From Halobacteriovoraceae bacterium (GTDB lineage: Bacteria > Bdellovibrionota > Bacteriovoracia > Bacteriovoracales > Bacteriovoracaceae): a stretch of DNA of 64,000 bases. Shown piece after piece: positions 19,952 to 28,812 of this stretch (position 1 is the first letter of the stretch; the number at the start of each line of letters is the position of its first letter). Both the position numbers and the translations under genes were made by a program. Location of the stretch: the NCBI GenBank assembly GCA_963719505.1, contig CAVRCF010000005.1:1088001-1152000 (forward strand). The letters run 5' to 3'. The notes under the pieces were generated by a model. That model saw only the letters and a list, made by a program, of their open reading frames with translations. It ran no database searches and had not been told where the DNA came from.

Positions 19952-21589
19952 TTAGTGCTCTTTATACCGGACAGGTGTATTTGAAATATGAAAACTAATC
20001 TTCTCTGCTAGTTCCGTTATATCAATTGGCTTAGACACATGATCTGAAAAACCACTTTTTAAAAATCTTTCTTTTTCTTCAGAGAAGGCAAATGCAGTCA
20101 AAGCAATGATTGGTTTATTAAAATTTGATTTTCTCAAAATCTCAACGGCTTCAAACCCATCCATAACTGGCATCTGAATGTCCATCAAGACTATGTCAAA
20201 GTTTCCACTCTCAACTTTTTCAATTCCTTCTTTTCCATCGTTGGCCGTAGTAATGTTCGCTCCAAGCTGAGTGAGGGTAATCTCGACAAGGCGTCTATTT
20301 TCAACTCCGTCGTCAACATAAAGAACATCAACACCCATAAGTTTTCCTTGAGTACTGTGAAGATTTTTTTCTTCAACCTTTTCAGTTTTTGAGGTGATAA
20401 TTTTATCCATTGAAAATGGATGGGGGTTAATTCGAGCAGAAAAGGTACTTCCTTTGCCAGGGTTTGATGCTAAAAGTTTAAGGTCTCCTCCAAGAGCTTC
20501 TGCAAGTTGACGCGAAATTTTAAGTCCCAAACCAGTACCGCCAAATCTTCTAGTAATTGAGCTGTCGGCTTGAGTAAATGCATTAAACAATTTAGATTCT
20601 ACTTCTGCATCTATTCCAATTCCCGAATCAATTACGTCTACTCTTAGGAGGGGCTCTTTAGTTGTCCCCACTTGATCAAAACTCACAACAACTTTAACAG
20701 TTCCTTTTTTTGTAAATTTAATAGCATTAGTTAAAAGGTTTGTGAGTATTTGCTTAAAGCGAATGGGATCGCTCGTAATCCTTGTTGGTGTTCCTTCTTT
20801 CATCGAGAGATTCAGTTTGAGTCCTTTATCGGATGCCTTTAACTGAAAAAGATTCTCAATATCTTTTAGTAAATCTTTTAATATAAAATTAACCTTCTCT
20901 ACATCGATTCGACCAGCTTCAATTTTAGATAAATCCAGTACATCATTAATGATTCCTAATAAAACTTTCCCACTTCGATCGATGATTTCAATATATTCTT
21001 CTCTTTCCTTATAGTTTGGATTTTTTGTTTTAAGAAGTTTAGAAAATCCAAGTATCGATCCAAGTGGTGTTCTAATTTCATGACTAATATTGGCCAAAAA
21101 ATCAGTCTTTGCACGACTAGCGGCTTCAGCTGTATCTTTAAGTTTCTTCATCGTCTCGGATTGCTCTTGGATCTTTTGAATATACTCATCTTGTATTTGT
21201 TTTTGCTGATCGAGTTCAACAAAGATCTTAACCTTACTTGCTAGAACATGGGGATCATAAGGCTTGTTAAGAAAGTCAACAGCTCCTGCCTCATAACCTT
21301 TAAACATTTGTTTTTGGTCAACAGCTCCAGCTGTTACAAATATAATTGGTATTTTACTCGTATCAGCATGGCTTCTCATCAGTTCTGCAACTTCAAATCC
21401 ATCCATCCCAGGCATCTGTACATCTAGCATCACCAGAGCAAACTTATGGTCTAGCAGTAGACTTAATGCCATATTACCGCTGTCAGCACTAATGATATCA
21501 ACATCGATATCAAGCTCTTGAATACTACTACTCATTGCTTTTATATTACTAGCTTGATCATCAACAATTAATATTTTGGTATTATTCAC
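19952..21589 (-). CDS. Hybrid histidine kinase (REC-HisKA-HATPase-REC)
   Basis: ILIVDD..LDVQMP, FLANISHEIRTPL, NLLTNAIKFT, DSGIG, GGTGLGL, C-terminal LMDIQMP. Confidence 0.95.
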   Translation of the reverse strand: MNNTKILIVDDQASNIKAMSSSIQELDIDVDIISADSGNMALSLLLDHKFALVMLDVQMPGMDGFEVAELMRSHADTSKIPIIFVTAGAVDQKQMFKGYEAGAVDFLNKPYDPHVLASKVKIFVELDQQKQIQDEYIQKIQEQSETMKKLKDTAEAASRAKTDFLANISHEIRTPLGSILGFSKLLKTKNPNYKEREEYIEIIDRSGKVLLGIINDVLDLSKIEAGRIDVEKVNFILKDLLKDIENLFQLKASDKGLKLNLSMKEGTPTRITSDPIRFKQILTNLLTNAIKFTKKGTVKVVVSFDQVGTTKEPLLRVDVIDSGIGIDAEVESKLFNAFTQADSSITRRFGGTGLGLKISRQLAEALGGDLKLLASNPGKGSTFSARINPHPFSMDKIITSKTEKVEEKNLHSTQGKLMGVDVLYVDDGVENRRLVEITLTQLGANITTANDGKEGIEKVESGNFDIVLMDIQMPVMDGFEAVEILRKSNFNKPIIALTAFAFSEEKERFLKSGFSDHVSKPIDITELAEKISFHISNTPVRYKEH

Positions 21590-22194
21590 AAACTAGCCTT
21601 AGTCCTTTCATGTGACTTTTTAGATATTGCTTCGACAATCTTTGATCCGATCTCTTCTACAGAAAGGATATAATCCACTTTGGCTTGCTGAATTCCTGAA
21701 TTTGGCATTGCTCTAGATTCAGCAGTATCCGGGTCTTGAACAATCGTTACCCCCCCTCTATCCGCAATACTTTTAAGCCCGAGAGCTCCATCACTATTTG
21801 CTCCCGTGAGAAGCACCCCCACCAAGTTCTTACGATAAACTTTCGCGGCAGATTCAAATAAAACATCGATTGATGGTCTCGACCAGTTTTCGAGTTCATC
21901 TAAACTGAGAGCTAATGTAAAGTCTGCTTCGACCAATAGGTGATATCCCGGTGGAGCTATATAGACACACCCTTTCTCAATAATCATTTTATCAGTTCCT
22001 TCTCTTACAGGAATTTTACACTCTGCTGCTAAAATTTTAGGAAGTATTGACTTCGAGTCTCGTGGGAAATGCTGAACAATAAAAATGGGACAAGGAAATG
22101 TGCTGGAAAGTGCACTGAGTACAACTTTCAATGCACTAATTCCTCCTGCAGAAGCCCCAATAACAATGGCATTTTCTTTAGATATACTGAACAT
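21586..22194 (-). CDS. cheB: Stand-alone CheB methylesterase (no REC domain)
   Basis: IGASAGG (Ser), VQHF (His), RPSIDVLFESAA, LTGANSDGA (Asp). Confidence 0.93.
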   Translation of the reverse strand: MFSISKENAIVIGASAGGISALKVVLSALSSTFPCPIFIVQHFPRDSKSILPKILAAECKIPVREGTDKMIIEKGCVYIAPPGYHLLVEADFTLALSLDELENWSRPSIDVLFESAAKVYRKNLVGVLLTGANSDGALGLKSIADRGGVTIVQDPDTAESRAMPNSGIQQAKVDYILSVEEIGSKIVEAISKKSHERTKASL

Positions 22195-23045
22195 TATATA
22201 GGCCCAATCTTTTGATAAATCTCATGAGACTTATCTAAATGCTTAAAAAGAAGATCAAACTTTGTAAACTTTAATGACTCTTTTGATCCAATGCAAAGGT
22301 ATCCCCTGTGGCAAAGACTACGATAAAATAAATCCAATGCTCTATTTTGCAATTCCTTATTAAAATAAATAAACACATTTCTGCACAAGATTAAATTAAC
22401 CTCTGAGAAAACGTCATCAACAGCTAAACTGTGTTCAGAAAAGATTATTCTTTCTTTAAGAAAATTCTCCATAATTGCAGAGTCATGGTCAGATAAATAA
22501 TAATCCGAGAAGACTCCTCTATTTCCAGCTTTCAAATAATTTTTAGTGGATTTTTTGATCTCAAAAGAAGAGTAGACACCTCTTCTGGCATTTTGTATCG
22601 CCAGCGGATTAATATCTGTAGCGTAAAGAGTAGATTTTTCTAATAATCCTGCCTCATGAAGAAGGATGGCCATAGAATAAACTTCCTCCCCCGTGCTACA
22701 GCCCGCGTGCCAAATACGAATAGAAGGATATGTTGCAAGCCTAGGTATTACCTCTTGAGTTAGGTATTTAAAATATTCTGAATCGCGAAACATCTCAGTA
22801 ACTGTAACAGTAAGATCACTTAAGATTTCAGAGAAGAAAATCTTATCATTTTCTACTTTTTCTCTAAGTGCATTTATACTGACAGTTTCATATCGTTCCA
22901 CAGCTCTTAGAATTCGTCGTCTCAAAGATGCCGGCGCATAATTAGTAAAGTCATAGTCATAAACCCTAGAGACACCTTCTATAAAAAGTTCTATATCACG
23001 ATCAACTTTTTCGTCTTCAATATCTTGATTTGAAGTTGAATCCAT
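22194..23045 (-). CDS. cheR: CheR-type protein-glutamate methyltransferase
   Basis: VTEMFRD, IRIWHAGCSTGEEVYS, ATDIN, ILCRNVFIYF. Confidence 0.95.
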   Translation of the reverse strand: MDSTSNQDIEDEKVDRDIELFIEGVSRVYDYDFTNYAPASLRRRILRAVERYETVSINALREKVENDKIFFSEILSDLTVTVTEMFRDSEYFKYLTQEVIPRLATYPSIRIWHAGCSTGEEVYSMAILLHEAGLLEKSTLYATDINPLAIQNARRGVYSSFEIKKSTKNYLKAGNRGVFSDYYLSDHDSAIMENFLKERIIFSEHSLAVDDVFSEVNLILCRNVFIYFNKELQNRALDLFYRSLCHRGYLCIGSKESLKFTKFDLLFKHLDKSHEIYQKIGPI

Positions 23046-26000
23046 CTAAAAACCTTTCGGAGAAAGCCAGACTCTTATAAGTGATAATAGTCGTTTTGGA
23101 TCAACAGGCTTTGATAGGTAGTCATTAGCTCCAGCGTTTATACATTCTTCACGATCACCTTTCATAGCTTTTGCTGTTAAGGCGATAATAGGAAGGTCGC
23201 TAAACTTATCTTGCTCTCGAATTTTTCTCATCGCCTCATAACCATCCATTACTGGCATCATAATATCCATTAGAACAATATCGATATTGAGATTAACTTC
23301 GAGAGAGCTTAAGGCTTCAGCTCCATTTCTCGCCACTGTTACTGTTGCAGCTTTATTTTCTAAGACTTTACGAAGTGAAAATATATTTCTCATATCATCA
23401 TCGACTAATAATATATTAGCTCCTTCTAAAACTTGATGGCGCTCTCTCATAACCCTTAATACCCTTTGCTTTGGTAGTGGTAGCTGGTTCTCAACTTTAT
23501 GAAGAAATAAAAGTGTTTCATCTAACAGGCGCTCTTTTGAGTGGATGCTCTTAACAACGATCGAGCTTGAATATTCTCTTAACTTCCTCTCTTCTTCAGA
23601 GTTTAAGTCTTTAGCAGTATGGATAATAATTGGAGGATGGGAAACTGAATCATCGAGAGACATTTCTTGCAGTAGCTCAAGGCCTGTCATATCAGGAAGC
23701 TTATAATCGAGAATGACACAATCATAAGTTGACTCCTTAAGTGCATTCATGGCTGCTTTACCAGTTTTGACCCCGATTGTTTCCACATCATCTAAATCAG
23801 AGATTAGGCTAAATAAATTATTTAATTGAATTTGATCATCTTCCACAAGGAGAATTCTCTTTATAGATCTCGAATCCACATCTAGAATACGATTAAATGC
23901 TTGTTCTAGATCATCCTTTAAAGCTGGCTTCAATAAATACCCAACCGCTCCCATATGTAGAGCATTCTTTTTCTGATCAACTCCAGATGCTATATGAACG
24001 GGAATATGTCTTGTTTTTGGGTTTCTCTTAATGTGCTCCAAAACTTCCATCCCACCTAGACCTGGAAGCTTGAGATCAAGAAAAACGCCACTTGGCATAT
24101 AACGAGCAATATCCTCTAGACCAGCTTCTCCATTTTCACTTAAAATACATTTGAAATTATTTTCTCTGGCCACTTTTGCAACAGCTTGAGCAAAATTTTC
24201 TTCATCTTCAATTATTTGCAGGACCTTATCTCCTGGAACAATTTGATCTCTATCGTCTTGAAAAGCTAGCGAGCGCTCTTTGCCAAGAGGTTTGGGAGAA
24301 ATATCGAGGTTAGAATTCTTTGATAGTGGTTTTCTCTCTATAGGCTTTGAAGTTGGAAATGAAGCTTCTGAAGATTCTCTTAATGCCTCACTATGTTCCA
24401 ATCTTAATGGAAGTAAGAGTGTAAATTTACTTCCTATATTTTTCTCACTCTCTAATCTAATTTCACCATCTAAAAGAACGGCAAGCTCTCTAGAAATTGC
24501 AAGCCCCAGACCTGTTCCCCCGAATTGTCGAGCAGTTGTTCCGTCGGCTTGTCTAAAAGCTTCAAAAATTTCTTCCTGCTTATCTTTAGGTATCCCAACA
24601 CCAGTATCTTCAACAGAGATCGCTATTGGTGTCTCTCTTAACGGTGATTTGAAAATTTTGAAACGAATACTTCCACTTTCCGTGAATTTTAATGCATTAG
24701 ATAGAAAGTTCTTAATAATTTGCTCAACTCGTTGCTTATCTGTAATGATTGTTTCATCAAGTTCTGAAAGATCACATTCAACTTCAAAACTAAGATCTTT
24801 ATGTTCAACTTGGACCTGGAAGCTTGATTTTAAATGGTTTTGAAATGACCTTAAGTTTACAGGCTCAGGAATAAGTTCAACTTTACCAGATTCAATTTTA
24901 GATAAATCAAGAATATCATTTATCAATGACAGTAAATCTTGACCAGAAGATGTAATCGTTTTTAACGAATCGATCTCATCATCTGTGAAAACTTCCCTCT
25001 TATTAGCAGAAAGAAGCTCTGAGAGAATCAAAATACTATTGAGTGGCGTTCTAAGCTCATGAGACATATTTGACAAAAACTCAGACTTATATTGACTACC
25101 AAGCTGTATTTCTTCTTTGGATTTTCTAAGATTATTATTAGATTCTTTGAGAGCTTCAGTTTGCTCTTCAAGCTGCTGTTGCTTTTGCTCTAATTCTGAA
25201 TTAGATTCTTCTAGGTCTGCTTGCTGAGACTCAAGCTTAGAGTAGGCTTCTTCGATCTCTTTTGATTTTTCTGCCAACTCTTCATTTAAAGTCTTAAGCT
25301 CTTCTTGTTGAGCTTGTAAATTATCATTATACTTCTGAGTGTTGTTTAGGTGCTGTTGAATAATGACTCTATTCAAAGCGAGGTCGACGGCAATCCCAAT
25401 GTTCTCGGGGACTATATCTAGAATTCTACGAGTAAGTCCATCAAACGGTTTCAATGTTCCTAGCTCCATAACTCCATTGAGCTTTCCTTCAAAAAATATT
25501 GGGATCGCGACCAAATATTTTGGAGTCATTTCTCCCAAGCTTGATCTAATCTTTAGGTAATAATCACTTGGCACATCATTAAGCTCCACTGCTTTTAATT
25601 GTGAGGCAGCCTCTCCGATGATCCCTTCATTAAAACTAAAAACGTTAGCGTTACTGCTTTCGTCTGTATAAGCATACTTTGCGACTCTTTTTAGTGACTT
25701 TTTGTCATTGCTCAAAATATAAAAGGAGCCAATACTCGCACTTGTAAAACTAGAGACTCTCTCTAATAATATCCTACAAAGATCTTCAACACTTTGAATT
25801 CCTATCATGCTATCGTTTATTTCCGCTATAGCTGACTGAATAGTAGCTTCCTCTGCAAGTTTCTCTGAGGCTTGCTCAATAGCGAGTCTACTTACTTCCA
25901 ATTCTTTCCGGGACTGAATAACTCTTAAAACAATTATTGCAACTGTCCAGAAAGTTACAATTCCAATCCCCCTACTCGTAAGGTTTGCTTGATGAACAGA

Positions 26001-26234
26001 AGTAAGGTTATCTTTTAGAATGAGATCGATACAGGCACCAAAAGTAGAGAGCCCAGCAAACGCTAGAGGAGCCCAAGTCTTTTTAGTTGATACACTCAAT
26101 ACAATCAATACTATATTCAATACCCATACCGTTGTACCAAAAGTTGTAGTGGCATCAATTAAGGCAATCACAACAAAAGCGAAAATAAGTGCAACAGTAA
26201 TAAATAGGTTCTTTTGATCGACTTGATTTTTCAT
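23046..26234 (-). CDS. Membrane hybrid sensor kinase (TM-GAF-coiled coil-HisKA-HATPase-3xREC)
   Basis: N-terminal TMs; GAF (FNEGIIGEAA, GVMELG); FLSNMSHELRTPLN, NFLSNALKFT, GGTGLGL; three receiver domains. Confidence 0.95.
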   Translation of the reverse strand: MKNQVDQKNLFITVALIFAFVVIALIDATTTFGTTVWVLNIVLIVLSVSTKKTWAPLAFAGLSTFGACIDLILKDNLTSVHQANLTSRGIGIVTFWTVAIIVLRVIQSRKELEVSRLAIEQASEKLAEEATIQSAIAEINDSMIGIQSVEDLCRILLERVSSFTSASIGSFYILSNDKKSLKRVAKYAYTDESSNANVFSFNEGIIGEAASQLKAVELNDVPSDYYLKIRSSLGEMTPKYLVAIPIFFEGKLNGVMELGTLKPFDGLTRRILDIVPENIGIAVDLALNRVIIQQHLNNTQKYNDNLQAQQEELKTLNEELAEKSKEIEEAYSKLESQQADLEESNSELEQKQQQLEEQTEALKESNNNLRKSKEEIQLGSQYKSEFLSNMSHELRTPLNSILILSELLSANKREVFTDDEIDSLKTITSSGQDLLSLINDILDLSKIESGKVELIPEPVNLRSFQNHLKSSFQVQVEHKDLSFEVECDLSELDETIITDKQRVEQIIKNFLSNALKFTESGSIRFKIFKSPLRETPIAISVEDTGVGIPKDKQEEIFEAFRQADGTTARQFGGTGLGLAISRELAVLLDGEIRLESEKNIGSKFTLLLPLRLEHSEALRESSEASFPTSKPIERKPLSKNSNLDISPKPLGKERSLAFQDDRDQIVPGDKVLQIIEDEENFAQAVAKVARENNFKCILSENGEAGLEDIARYMPSGVFLDLKLPGLGGMEVLEHIKRNPKTRHIPVHIASGVDQKKNALHMGAVGYLLKPALKDDLEQAFNRILDVDSRSIKRILLVEDDQIQLNNLFSLISDLDDVETIGVKTGKAAMNALKESTYDCVILDYKLPDMTGLELLQEMSLDDSVSHPPIIIHTAKDLNSEEERKLREYSSSIVVKSIHSKERLLDETLLFLHKVENQLPLPKQRVLRVMRERHQVLEGANILLVDDDMRNIFSLRKVLENKAATVTVARNGAEALSSLEVNLNIDIVLMDIMMPVMDGYEAMRKIREQDKFSDLPIIALTAKAMKGDREECINAGANDYLSKPVDPKRLLSLIRVWLSPKGF

Positions 26235-26455
26235 TTATATATACTTGTTTGGAGTTTGCAATCCTCTTGAGTAGCTTACTTTTAACATCTTTAACATAAT
26301 AATCCCCCAAGAAATTCATCAGAGATGATACTACTTTCTCTCATCACCTACTGTCAAATAATGACGCTTGGCAAATCCAAAGTAAGTAAGCCAGTGTAGA
26401 TTAAACCAACCAAACATTGGGCAAACATGATTAATTTTTGATTATTATTAAGAAA

Positions 26456-26531
26456 TGGTGGGCGTTGACGGGATCGAACCGCCGACATCCACCTTGTAAG
26501 GGTGGCGCTCTCCCAGCTGAGCTAAACGCCC
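26456..26531 (-). tRNA. tRNA-Val (anticodon TAC)
   Basis: Minus strand GGGCGTTTAGCTCAGCTGGGAGAGCGCCACCCT-TAC-AAGGTGGATGTCGGCGGTTCGATCCCGTCAACGCCCACCA; 76 nt with encoded CCA. Confidence 0.98.
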
Positions 26532-26607
26532 ATTTCTTATTGAGGGTCTAATTTATTTTAACTCGCTAAAACTGTCAATAGAAAATCACACTATTTTTAC
26601 TATATTA

Positions 26608-27708
26608 TTAGAGGTTAGAAAGAGCTATTGAGACTGCTTTTTCAGCATCCACGAGTCCTGCCCCGTAGTAATACTGATCTCCTAGAACCATCGCTGACTG
26701 CTTTAAGATCTCTTCCACCTCTTGAGCGCTAAAGAAGGGATTAACGCTATAGATAAGACCAGCAACCGCACTGACTATTGGTGCTGAAAAGGAGGTCCCT
26801 GAAGGACTACTATATTCATCTCCACCAAATGTAATATTGGCCCTTGTTGTAAAAACGTTTCTTGCGGGAGCCATAATATCGAGATTATGTCCCCAGTTAC
26901 TGCCACACCTAAAGCCACAATTCCACTTCGTATTGTTTGGCTCTGTTCCACCGACAATAAAAACATTTTTATAATCCGGATACTTCTTAACTTTTCTTCT
27001 TTGACCTTGGTTTCCAGCAGAATAAACAAGAAGGGCTCCTCTATCTGATGCGTATTTACCAGCTGACTGAATAATCTTTTGATTTACCCCGGTAAAACTA
27101 ACATTGATTACTTTTGCCCCGTTGTCAGCTGCGTACTTGATACAGTCTGCAATTCTACTTGTAGAGGCACTTCCACTTTTACTCGTTATTTTTAGTGGCA
27201 TCACTTTTAAGTGACTGGCGATTCCTTGAGTGTTAACGTTATTATTTGCCAGACCAACGATAAGTCCAGAGACCATTGTTCCGTGGTGAGTGTTTGGACT
27301 AGTATCATTTGAACTATCGACAAAGCTATATCCCGGTACGGATTGACCAGCGAGATCTGGATGTCCTTCTTCAAATCCTGAGTCACAAACTGCTACAACA
27401 ACGTCATGAGGATGAGTTAATAAATCAAGAGCACCTTGAGTCTTAATATTTGTGTGGTGCCATCCACCGTCAAGGCTTTTTGAATTGTCTAAAATAGGCT
27501 CAATCTCTTTTTGCATCTCATCGATTTCAACAAACTCATACTCTCCAGACTTATTCATCTCATCCACAATACTGGCCATTGACCTTGAGTTTTTATTTGA
27601 GATATTTAATTTTTCATAGATTGCATTAGAATCTTTTTTCTTAAAAAGAATTTGATTTCCACTTGCAAAGACACTGAGAGATAGAGTGAGACCTATTAAA
27701 GCTTTCAT
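26608..27708 (-). CDS. Secreted S8 (subtilisin-like) serine protease
   Basis: VAVCDSG (Asp), HHGTMVSG (His), SAGN, SGTSFSAP (Ser); signal peptide. Confidence 0.94.
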   Translation of the reverse strand: MKALIGLTLSLSVFASGNQILFKKKDSNAIYEKLNISNKNSRSMASIVDEMNKSGEYEFVEIDEMQKEIEPILDNSKSLDGGWHHTNIKTQGALDLLTHPHDVVVAVCDSGFEEGHPDLAGQSVPGYSFVDSSNDTSPNTHHGTMVSGLIVGLANNNVNTQGIASHLKVMPLKITSKSGSASTSRIADCIKYAADNGAKVINVSFTGVNQKIIQSAGKYASDRGALLVYSAGNQGQRRKVKKYPDYKNVFIVGGTEPNNTKWNCGFRCGSNWGHNLDIMAPARNVFTTRANITFGGDEYSSPSGTSFSAPIVSAVAGLIYSVNPFFSAQEVEEILKQSAMVLGDQYYYGAGLVDAEKAVSIALSNL

Positions 27709-27741
27709 TGATTTCCTTTCGATAAAATTGCTTATAAAGCT

Positions 27742-27769
27742 TTATCGACAAAAATCGTCATGACCTTTG
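27742..27769 (-). promoter_or_regulatory. Candidate sigma28 promoter
   Basis: Minus strand CAAAG-N15-GTCGATAA upstream of the protease. Confidence 0.6.
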
Positions 27770-27965
27770 CTAGTAACCGATGAAGGGACTTTTCTTCCTC
27801 ACAATTAGCCCGTTTATTTCACCTCATATCGCCATAAAATTGAGATAGGTAGGCTTTATTTGGGGGTGTCTATTAGTTGAGCATCTGAGTTGTAAAGAAT
27901 TCAAAGCATGTCATTTTTGACAGCATTGGCCCTATAATAGAAGAAAATTAACTCAGGAGCCTACA

Positions 27966-28739
27966 GTGATATATTCAGTTATAGGATTTTTTATCTTCAT
28001 GAGTCTGTCTGTTTTTGCCAACGAAAAACCTTCAACTTGTGATCTTGATAAGATGAAGTGGGTAGGCATCCCCTTTGACTCTCAGGGAACTTTTAATTCC
28101 AACTGCAAACCTCAAATTTTATATAGTTGGATAGAAAGTCCAAGGACTATTAATGAGAATGATTATAAATGGCCTTTTAGAAGGAAGAGTGCCATTTTTT
28201 TCCACAGAACTCCTCTTGCTACATCCCTGTACGGAAATTTTTCCTATCGAGTAAAACTAAAAGATGACGTGAGATATAAGCTCGTTCCTTGGAATGAAGC
28301 CCATTATAAATGTCTATACCCTGAAGCCGAAAAGAAAGTTACCGTCTATGTTAATCAAGATAAAAATGGCTTTTCTGAATATGTCCTGTGCTCTGAGGGG
28401 CCAGTAGAATCTTGGAGTTTTGGAATGAACGAACATCTCCTTGAGATGAAAAGAGAGTTCGCCTTAATTAAAGAGCTTGGAGCTCTCAATGTGGATGGTT
28501 TTTTGAATCCAAATACTCGTAAATATGGCTGCAATGATTGCTTTCAAAGGTATACAGTTCACGATGCCAGAAATGATGGATCGGAGTCTACAATTTTAAA
28601 GAGCCTAGATTTTATGGAGAGGTTTACAGACTCAAACTTTGGAAAAGTTTTTAGTATAAAAGATATGAAAGCTTACAAAGAAGGACTTAAAGTTAAAGAG
28701 CATTTCAAAACAAACTTAAAGCTTCCATTTCATCAATAA
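27966..28739 (+). CDS. Secreted hypothetical protein with several cysteines
   Basis: Signal peptide SVFA; AGGAG RBS; GTG start. Confidence 0.7.
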   Translation: MIYSVIGFFIFMSLSVFANEKPSTCDLDKMKWVGIPFDSQGTFNSNCKPQILYSWIESPRTINENDYKWPFRRKSAIFFHRTPLATSLYGNFSYRVKLKDDVRYKLVPWNEAHYKCLYPEAEKKVTVYVNQDKNGFSEYVLCSEGPVESWSFGMNEHLLEMKREFALIKELGALNVDGFLNPNTRKYGCNDCFQRYTVHDARNDGSESTILKSLDFMERFTDSNFGKVFSIKDMKAYKEGLKVKEHFKTNLKLPFHQ

Positions 28740-28766
28740 AAAAGGGGACCCATAAATGGATCCCCT
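28738..28766 (-). terminator. Rho-independent terminator after lon
   Basis: AGGGGA-C-CCA-TAAA-TGG-A-TCCCCT with T-tract on the minus strand. Confidence 0.75.
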
Positions 28767-28812
28767 CGTCGGTCATTGTCATCAAATATTTTTTTACTCA
28801 AGCGTCACAAAT

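Larger units (their letters stand above)
19864..26487. mobile_element. tRNA-Val-anchored genomic islet without integrase
   Basis: Bounded by the tRNA 3' end and its duplicate; holds a four-gene signalling cassette. Confidence 0.8.

Noticed and set aside
24280-24843. 187-aa plus-strand ORF, and the many other short antisense or overlapping ORFs in the track
   Set aside because: They lie opposite or within well-supported genes and have no RBS or motif support.
26360-26430. c-di-GMP-I riboswitch (GGCAAA seeds)
   Set aside because: No GNRA-capped P2 or GCAAAGC/P3 elements, and it is on the wrong strand for the kinase.
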